DNA of 56,162 nt, filler included, from Sphacelaria rigidula (taxonomy: Eukaryota), in NCBI GenBank assembly GCA_964200075.2. It is 3 parts of 3 records of this genome, joined end to end, with 100 filler letters (N's around TTAATTAATTAA, not from the genome) between each part and the next. Parts side by side here need not be neighbours in the genome. Positions count along the whole stretch, not along the records: positions 37,513 to 56,162 come from CAXNAA020000819.1; 2 more parts are not named here. One strand, given 5' to 3'. Positions 47,601 to 56,162 of this stretch are shown in pieces. Every line of letters begins with the position of its first letter. Position 1 is the stretch's first letter. The notes under the pieces are model-generated. The model was not told the DNA's origin and did no database searches. It saw nothing but the letters and a program-made list of their open reading frames with translations. Position numbers and translations under genes: made by a program.

Positions 47601-49270
47601 CGTGCGGTCTTGCTGACGTACTATGATGCAGTCCGGGCGCCTTCGGTGTTCGATCTTCGGCCCTGCATATGTGTATGCGGTCCAGTTTTCCCCGCGAATT
47701 AGTGTACGAAAAAAAGTGCTGGTGATGGCCATTTTGTGTTCCGCATGCATTTCTGTAGCGTCTACCGTTATCATTCCGTGTGTCTCTGCCACGTGAAGCC
47801 CTGAAAAGGGCACCGAAGGTCGATGAGGACATCTGCGATGAGGGCGCATTTTCCGACGCGTTTTCCTCCCTGGAATTATGCTGCATTTCATTGTTAGTCG
47901 CACTATTTGAACCCCTCCCCTCCCTTGGGACGAGTCCGTGGTGTCAAGGAATCGAGCACATCTTCCCCCAGTACACGGCTTGCATTTTGATCGCAGGTTG
48001 GCGGCACTCGCCCACTTGTCAACTCTCGTCAAGCACACTCAGGCAAACTCTTTTTATACTCCAGCTCCCAGGCGGTCAACGCCGGGAACCAGATGATAAT
48101 CTGAAAAAAAAATCAAATGCATCGGGCGGCAGTCGGACCCGCGTTCTTCCCACCCTAATGGTGTCAGCCGTACCATTTTTAATTTATAACACCGGGGCGC
48201 GGCGGCTGCATGGGATTAACATATTTCATGTCGTTTTCTCCTCTTTCACAAGCTTGTTTAAAACAAAAACACTTGGCCCGCAATGCTTCGTGACTTATTC
48301 ACCAGACGTCCGTGAGTGTAGTGATCCGCTGCTACGACCCGCAGTCGTACTTATTGCAAATATACTCCCTGTGTTCCATAAGTAAAGTCCGTGATGGTCA
48401 CACGGGCCCTCAACCGTGTGCAATGCCGCAGGTGATATATATATATATATATATATACATTCATCTTCAGGGCTTTCTAAAATTAAACCACGTCTTTCTT
48501 TTCTTCTGTTTGCCCCCAGCTAGCGTGCGCGAACGGCCGATAAACGATCAGTCGGCCCAAAAATGGCCATATTTCGCCCCTTCTCCAAAAACACAGAGAT
48601 GAAGCCTGAGAACCCGAAAACAGCAAAAATCACGGGAAAAAGCATAACTGGCTCGTTTTCTCCGGCCCATCGCTGGCATACGATAGCTACGCCTAGTACG
48701 AAACCACTCGTTTACATGGCAGCCTTCAATTACTTCAAAACAAGCCAAAGTCGCCGAAATTCAGCCGAAAATGTACATATCGGACGGAATTTGGTCGAAA
48801 TTTGGCCATGTCTCACCCAACGATTCTAAGGTTGTGTTTTACAGTGGCCATCTCAACAACTATATAGTTTCGACGAACCCAACCATAGCATCGTGAGCAC
48901 CTCCGTTGGCGAGGTATGGCCTATTGTCCATATCGCACTTAACTAATGGGACAGGGGAAGTATACGCACCGGTAACTACGTCAGACGCACAGAGAACGCC
49001 CCAGCGAAAGCAAACTCGAGCGCATGGACACTATATACCCGAAGAAATGGAATACTTTTGCTGCTTCATCTGACTGTGCTGGTGGTGATGAATCATGTCG
49101 TCTTTTCTCTCATCGAAATCATAGGTGGATCCGGATGCATTTGCCGCTCTTGAGAACTGCGTAACGGACGGTGACTTCGAGACTTGCGAAGGCGTGCCGG
49201 CAGGAGAACCGACTGGCTACCTGGTCAATCCGCTCGGGGGAATGGTAGTCAGCATGGCGGGTCCCGCCAG
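41488..49270 (+). CDS. Vanadium-dependent haloperoxidase (brown algal vBPO/vIPO family), partial; two recognisable exons
   Basis: The spliced product [105 protein letters not shown] is collinear with the N-terminal region of Ascophyllum nodosum vBPO as recalled (..KFHKSLPHDDLGQVDADAFAALEDC..LVNP..GPA). The intron is phase 0. Catalytic C-terminal exons were not found in the window. Confidence 0.92.
42621..43307. repeat. Long imperfect inverted repeat (foldback), arms ~335 bp, loop ~10 nt
   Basis: gaggaacgagtaatcaaggg pairs with cccttgattactcgttcctc, and gatggaccatccgatatttgagaccct pairs with agggtctcaaatatcggatggtccatc. Pairing continues to the centre at about 42960. Confidence 0.92.
44427..45060. 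mobile_element. MITE with TTTCTAC..TAGCCC terminal inverted repeats and ACAA target-site duplication, interrupted by an insertion
   Basis: acaa|tttctactatagccc ... gggggctatttgtagaaa|acaa. Its right end is also found inverted at 37364-37412. Confidence 0.7.
44662..45042. mobile_element. Small element with palindromic terminal inverted repeats and a tRNA-like (Pol III A/B box) head
   Basis: Loop-less palindromes centred at 44699/44700 and 45003/45004. B box ggttcgaatcc at 44754-44764. Confidence 0.7.
45065..47950 (-). mobile_element. Decayed non-LTR retrotransposon (LINE, RTE-like) with RT and endonuclease remnants, antisense in the haloperoxidase intron
   Basis: [76 protein letters not shown]-like remnant AITSTFF..YTY..PDCIIV. 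Many frameshifts. Confidence 0.9.
47980..48208 (-). mobile_element. SINE family 2, second copy
   Basis: Reverse-complement homology to 5627-5845. Confidence 0.5.
48435..48457. repeat. (TA)n microsatellite
   Basis: Directly visible. Confidence 0.9.
49125..49270 (+). CDS. Vanadium haloperoxidase exon
   Basis: catag|GTG...AG|gtgacg; [12 protein letters not shown]...LVNPLGG...MAGPA. Confidence 0.92.
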
Positions 49271-49302
49271 GTGACGATAAAAATTTCTTAGTTGCTAGAA
49301 CT

Positions 49303-49680
49303 TGTGTGTGTATGTGTTTGTGTGTGTTGTCGTCCCATCTGATCTGGACGCCAGTCTAAAACTTTCGGTATATGTGGGCGCACCAGCCGGAGTCAGACAG
49401 GACAGAGGGCAACATATAACTTTTTTTTTTTTTTCTATTTGAGTCCTCAACCTTCTTCCTGCGGTGCCTCCGTTATTTTTTATAGCGAGAGGGATTCAGC
49501 GGTCTCTGTCCCTCGTCGACCGTGAGGTCGAATTTTGTGCACCCACGACATAGTCGCGGTCCACTGTTGGGGATTGTGGGAGAAAAAATTCCAGGTCGTG
49601 TGACTGCACCAAGAGTGGAACCCACGACCGAGCCGTCAGAAGATTTCGAAGTTACCACCGTAGCCGCCGGGGCGACGGGC
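49303..49680 (-). mobile_element. tRNA-derived SINE (family 1)
   Basis: Minus-strand head gcccgtcgccccggcggctacggtggtaac...gtgggttccactcttggtgcagtcac with a simple-repeat tail. Second copy at 50280-50580; fragment at about 54990-55055. Confidence 0.75.
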
Positions 49681-50279
49681 TCTTTAAGGCTTGAACACAA
49701 TTGGTATGCTATCAACCTTTTGATTGAATCCTTTCAGCCCCCGCAGTTGGACACCGAAATCATGAGGTCTTTTCCACAGTGACGACATGAACGCTCCTGG
49801 GCTGTCAGAGGTTAGCATTGAATTCAAGATGTGGAATTCCCGGTTATCCTGTGATATGAGGAATATTGTAGTGCTAAGTGTACACATTACAGACCAGCTC
49901 TGTTCGGGATAATATCAACCATTGGCCTGTGTGATTGTTCATCGATGCAAGAGTACAACAGTCTCTCGTTTCGTCGCGTTTCAACAGAAGACGAAATGGG
50001 TTGTTGAAGATGAGCCGTGCAGTGTTGCATGCTTCGTTTGCCTGTTGTACACATGTACGGAAATGCCACATCCTCACGTGTTGAATTGAACGTCGTGGGG
50101 GTGGGGTGCCTGGAACATACTTTGCCCCTCGCTTCGAGTGTGGATATGTCCAACTTCGAGAAACGCCCACTCCGAGTGTGACGAGAGAAAACAGATGCCA
50201 ACACCAATCAGCTCCAGGGAGGTGTCGTTCTTTCCGCCAGCGTAGCAACCGCAGCGCGGAGAATCGTACGTTAGTGTGT

Positions 50280-50580
50280 ATCATGTTGTCATCCCATTTA
50301 TTCTGGACGCCAGTCTATACCTTCCGGTTTATTTTGGCGCATCAGCCGGGGTCACACGGGAGAGAAGTCCAACACAGTAGGTTCTATATTTTTGTCTTGG
50401 TACCCCACCTTCCTTCTGCGGTGCTTGCCTTATTTTTCCACCTCGAGAGGGGTCCAGCTATTCCTTTCCCTCGTGGACCATGAGATCGAACTTTGTGTAC
50501 CCACGACATGGTCGCTCTCCACCGTGGGGCGCGGTGTGAGAAAAAATCTCAAATCGTGTGACTGCCCCGAGATTCAACAT
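50280..50580 (-). mobile_element. SINE family 1, 5'-truncated copy
   Basis: Collinear with 49325-49620 (ctggacgccagtcta, ccttctgcggtgc, cgtgtgactgc). Confidence 0.75.
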
Positions 50581-53565
50581 TAGTGCACGATTAAAATTGA
50601 CATCAGCACAGTATAGATAGTTCTACACCTTAGGAAAGCTCACGACCAGTACACTGGAGTCCTCCTAACTGCATCTCTACGTACGTACACGCATCTGGCC
50701 GGAGTTCTGGGGGCCGGGGTACTGTAGGCGGTAAGCTCTCGTGATATCCTTCGTCTCTCAGATTCTCATGATATTTTTCCCGTTAAACAACTTCCGACCA
50801 ATATTCGTAGAATATGCAAAAACTGTTGCAAGAAACTGCAGTTGTTGAACGGCTAATAATGAGGTTTCCTGGGATCGCTGGGAAACAGCCACCACAGATG
50901 TAGTAGGTACCCTTTGCCAGCGTGAACGTCGGGGGAGGAGGGACGGGGCATACTCATCTCTTGCCGGCCCTAGTCGTTTGATCAGTGACCACGCATCCCT
51001 CTCGAGACAGCAGAGGGGGGAGGCGTTCGGTTGAAAAAAGCTGACAGTCAACCCGTGGTGAACGTAAAAATGCTTGGTTCAGTTCATGCGAGACCAGTTG
51101 TGAATACCGATCGCAAGCCCATGTTTCGACACCTCGGCCGCGTCTTCCGGGCGCGAGCAGACGGCCAGGGAGGGGACTGCCGCCTCGCAATGGCCTGATT
51201 TATCATCTCGGATTGTTTGCACGAACAGAATGCACGATTTCCCCTACTCGGCTCAGAGTCGAGCTGCATGCACCAACAGCCGTCGAAGTAAAAGTGTGCT
51301 GGAAATTCTCTCGTCATTGTAAACTGAGTCATTCCGAGGTGGTACCTCTTTCTTCGCCGTCTTTACTCGTCGTAGATGCTGCGTGGGAAGGATCGACAGG
51401 TGTACATACGATCGGTTTTGACTTCTAGCCCCATACGAAAAAGAAAAGACACCAGCCGACTCCCGTCAGCCTAGCAGGAGAACGGGGAAGAGCCCGACCT
51501 GCATGTTGCCCGATGTAACGCGAGTAAGGACAGCATGACCTGAGTGACACGGAACTGTCGACTATGGGGACGTTTCAAGCCTATGCCTTGTGACACACGA
51601 TACCTTAGGCGTCGGCGCGGTTGCTCGTAGGTTGACCAACATGTGGCGGGGTTAGTGTGACGTAAGCTGTGAGCTGAGGACGCGTGTGAATGACACTCAG
51701 GAAGGGGTGTTATCTTGAAATTCTCGGTTTTCCTTGCTTGGACCTAGGCCAGCACAACTTTGGGCATACTCGATGGATGATCTTACCGTAACCAAAGCCA
51801 TTTTCCTGACGCATCAGCTACCTACCTACTGTTTTACATATAGCTCACGCCGGGAAATGCTGACAGAGGAGGTGTTGCCCGAGAGGTGGCTGGTTTCGAA
51901 AGTGTCGAGAGGTACGAATCCTCGCGCAAGACAAGCTTTACCAACCGGTTGCACGGTCTAAAGCCAAGCAAAAACTATACTCTAAAATACAGGCAATATC
52001 ACCGAGGTACGACACTTGAATTTAGGCTACGAAGCATCAGATCACCGAACTCTCACGGAATTGGTCGGGGCTGCTCTGCAGTGCAGATTTGGACGGGCGG
52101 GGGTCAGGTGCTGCGCATTGTGATATATGCAGATAGTACGGTTATGTCCAAGGAGCAACAGGCATCGTTATTTTAACTAGAGAGCATCTGAATATTATTG
52201 ATGGAGTCAAGACAATCGGCAAGTCGGGAAAACAGTCCATTGCAGGCCATGTTACAAATGACGATTGTTCCGCGGAGAGTTCCAATCGCGATTCGTTTTG
52301 TTGGCCCAACATCTCATGCGCAAACACTGACGAAAGCTTATACGTTTGCCCGAAGTTGTCGACCACTGTTGTGTTTTCAATTACTGTCTGGAACCAATTG
52401 TGTTCGTTCACGTGTATTCCATGTCACCTCGTCCTCCCATGGTGTATATACTGTACGGGTATTGGCCTTCTCAGGCTACGGTGGTCTTACTTTAGCGGGA
52501 AGTACGATCAAGATTGATGGTAATAATGGCCAAGACTGTGTACGGGTGTTGAGGGTTTTGAGCGGTACAGTAGTTTTTCGTCACAGAGAAGCACAACCGA
52601 CAGCATGGGACGTATTTTCATATTCCCTCTTCCTGTGTTTCCCTTTTTACTTTCCTTCTTTTCAACGCAGGATATTTGCCTTTCTTTTTCTTTGTCGTCT
52701 CGTGCGTTTTTTTGTCATCCGTCCCCTATTCATTTCTTTTCACATTCTTTCCCGTCAGCTTTTGCCTTTTTTTTCACTTCCCAATCACTTTTCTTGCTGC
52801 TCACCATGGGCGTGTGCACGTGCGTGTGTATGTTTATCTCTTTTTCACTTTCGCCGTGGAGAGAATAACTAGCATAATCACCAATTCGCGTGACTTTTTT
52901 TTCGCTGGATCCTCGCCCCCCCCCGCTTTTTTATCGCAAGAGAAAAAGACATCGTTCTTGTTTTCTGGAATTTCGCGTGGTCCTTTTTCTGGAATTTCGC
53001 CTTTTTCTATTCTAGTTTTTGCAAGGAAAGCAAAGGAGTACGCTAGTTGACTTGAGGCGGTAGACACACACACACGTGCGTGCGTGCGTGTGTGTGTTTT
53101 TTTGTTTATGTACCTACTAACGTCATCCGCGCCGTTTTCACATCATCCGCGCTTGCCTTCCGTTCTCCGTCGGACCAAGCTCGGCCATATCGATGAAGCC
53201 GGCACCGACAGCGGATTCTCCGGAAGTGGTGAGAAAAATGCGTTCCCTCTTCACTTTGCTAACCTGTACCGTATCCGAGACTGGCGCCTACTTCGTATAA
53301 TGTATATCTTCATACCTGAAGCAACTACAGGATAATTACTGGGAAGTATTGGCTTTGCGTATCCTAATTGAACGAACATATTATATGCTGTGCTGCAAGA
53401 AAAATCCATGTCCTTGAGCGCGGTGATGTTTCCCATGTCCAACCAACGCTGTTCTTTATTACTTTCCAAGAAACGTGCTTTAGCGTGTTCTGAAATAGAC
53501 GCAGCCATGCATGATGAACTAAAATCACGTTTGCGCGAGCAATTGTTACGGTGGTCAAGTTTTTA

Positions 53566-54626
53566 CACGTAGGACAGCTCATGAGCTAGCTCATCCACGG
53601 GCGGTAGCTCACTTGTAGTCGAACATGTACATGTGAGCTACGTCCGATAGCTCAACACACGGTCAACGTGCGCTGATGAGCTACGAGTTGGTAGCTCACC
53701 CAGGACAAACATGCGTAGCTCATGGAGCTCTCGTAGCTCACCCAGGGCGAATATGAGCTGATGAGCTGCGGGTTGGTAGCTCACCCAGGGCGAACTTGTG
53801 CAGCTCATGTAGCTCTCACGGTACCCAGAGAAAACATGCGCGGATGATAGCTCACCCAAGGCAAACATGCGTAGCTCACCTAGTTCTTGTAGCCCACTCC
53901 GGAAAAACATGTGTAGCTCACGCACTTGTTACAGTCACCCAGGGAAAACATATGCGGATGAGCTACGCTCGATAGCTCACCCAATGCAAACATGTCCTTA
54001 CGTGAGTAAGAGTAATCCTGTCTTCCGCATCGACCGCCCGTTACGAAGGATCCAGATCCACGGCAGTATTTCCGACTGAAGCGCGGCAAGAGCTGCTGCC
54101 CCCCGCCGTCACCGTGCAGGGCGAATGGTGTGTGTGTGTGTGGTTGTGTGTATATGTGGTGGCCATGACGCGGATGACTTATGATGCAGCCATGTTGTTT
54201 GTTGATGTTTACAAAAGCAAATCTATCGCGGCACGAAACGGAACAGGTGTGTGCACATCTAACCGTTGTCACGTACTTACAATATCAACGTGCATGAGCA
54301 TGGGAACAGAAACAACTCCAAGATCGGCGTAGCACCGGTAGCTCTTTAGCTCAACCAGCGCGATCATGCGTAGCACCCGTTGCTCTCATAGCTCATCCGG
54401 GGCAAACATGCGTAGCTCATGCAGCTCTGATAGCTCACCCAGGGCGAATATGAGCTGATGAGCTACGGCTTGGTAGCTCATCCAGGGCAAACATGCATGG
54501 CTCATGCAACTCTCATAGCTCACCCCAGGAAAAACATGCGTAGCTCGTGTACCTCTCATAGCTCACCAGTTAGCTACCCTATTAAGGAGCTAGCTCAAGC
54601 TATAGTGAGCTGATCTGTCCGACGTG
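53566..54626. mobile_element. Non-autonomous DNA transposon with CACGT(A/C)GGACAG TIRs and AGCTCA subterminal arrays
   Basis: cacgtaggacag ... ctgtccgacgtg. Dense tagctcac/atgagct repeats at 53575-53990 and 54335-54612 flank a unique core. Confidence 0.75.
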
Positions 54627-56162
54627 TGCAATTCTTCATTTCTTCTGTGTTGCTAACCCAAATGAGGATTCCGCTCACGGTCCGTGTTCCCGATATACTA
54701 GCAGAAGTAACGGTGGGCGGCGGGCATGTGTTGAGATTCGGAAAAAAAGGAGGGTCCATGTTCTCTTCATCACGGTGTGCGCCTCAACTGCGAGGGGGAC
54801 GTAAAAAGTTCATGCAGCAGTACGGCAGTAGCACCTGAATCAGAGAATTCACCGAGCACAGCAACGCCTCCTTCAAATCAACCTTTTGTTCGAAAAATCG
54901 GCCAAGTGAGTCTGAGAAGTGTTGAAAAAAGAGAAGAGGCGAACAGTATCGTTCATTTTACAACATGTTCGATAAAAAATCGACGTGTGTGTATGCTCTC
55001 ATCCTAAGAATACTGGACGCCAGTCTACACCTTTCGGTGTATATATTTGGCGCTTTACACTGGGCAAACGTTTCACGTCTACATCATTACATACGCGTGT
55101 CTTCTTCTCCGTTCATCATATGACCACGGCTGGATCACTGGGGGGTCAGTTAAAGTGCGGCAATCAATCAATCAATTGATCAGCCAAAGCTGATTGCAAG
55201 GTGTGATGACTACCCTGCATGGAACGTTTTTTGCGTCGCTTTTGCTTGTTCTCTCCGTGTCCAGGCTGCTCAGCTGGCGGAATGCTACTGGATGGCACTC
55301 GCGCGAGATGTCCCTTTTTCTCAGTACGCCAGCAGTCACATCACCAACATCGCGTCCGGTACGTCTCACAAGCGGAACAAACGATAAAAGACTGAGGATG
55401 CGGAGAAGACACGCGTGTATACACATATAGACGGACCGCATCACTTTACCCCAGAAAGAGGGTCTCCGGCGCGATTAGGACGAAACAGCAGCAAAAAGAA
55501 ACAAACAAATGAAAAAACTATCCCGCTACGAGATAGCCAAAATAGAGAGCGCCGGGCGCTCTAATGGGCCATACCGCCACGTTCATCATTTCACTTCATT
55601 CTGGGACAGTACGCACGGCCGAATGGGGGTACCCGTTCCTCGTGGTTTGGTACGAATAAGACAATTCCTGGATTTATGCCTGATAAAGGAGATAACCACG
55701 ATACCTGTTTCGGCTCCTAACTCGTCGCGTTTCGGAAATCGCGGAAGCCGTGGCCAACACAAATATCGATAAAAGATCTTGACAAGAAGTTCAGCTTTTC
55801 ACGCCCTCGGAAATCTTGGATTGGTGGCTCGAGATTCGAGAAGCAGGTTCGAGTCATGCCGCAATAGCGCCCCCAAGAAAAACGGCCGGTTTGAAGCGGC
55901 AAAACTTACATGTATAAAAAATGGCAAAAGCCGAGCACGCACCAAGCAGCTGGGAACTCTTATGCTTGGGGTTGTCTCCGCCAATGTCGCCTACATAATA
56001 GGCTCCATGCACTCTAAAACCAGCAATCATGTGCTGTATGACCCTTATCTTCGCAGTAACGTTTGGGGCTATGGTTTGGGTGGGGGGGGGGGGGGGGGGG
56101 GGGGGGGTCGCGGCGTCGGTTGGTTTTAAATTTTTAAAAGAAACGCCCCCCCCCTTCGGAGG

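Noticed and set aside
52605..53050. Phe-rich ORFs as membrane proteins
   Set aside because: They translate T-rich low-complexity DNA.

Overview
Eukaryotic, intron-rich, transposon-dense DNA, most likely from a brown alga (Phaeophyceae, probably a kelp; inferred from gene content and repeat style). It consists of three contigs joined by two artificial 100-nt spacers (N44-TTAATTAATTAA-N44 at 18659-18758 and 37413-37512). Contig 1 has a MITE/SINE cluster (1-6900). It then carries at least 21 phase-consistent GT-AG exons (8826-18306, about 947 codons) encoding the N-terminal tail and start of the DHC_N2 linker of an axonemal, DNAH6-like dynein heavy chain, which breaks off before the first gap. 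Contig 2 is entirely a nest of degenerate Ty3/Gypsy LTR retroelements. It includes two LTR families, a gag with a CCHC knuckle, a decayed PR-RT-RNaseH-IN pol, and non-autonomous derivatives with a 114-bp repeat. Contig 3 has a decayed Gln-rich ORF and the 5' exons of a vanadium-dependent haloperoxidase (41488-41658 and 49125-49270). The 7.5-kb intron between those exons holds a ~690-bp foldback, a MITE carrying a double-palindrome tRNA-like element, a decayed antisense LINE and a SINE. Almost all ORFs in the supplied track are spurious or are exon/TE fragments. Coordinates were counted by hand and no database searches were run.
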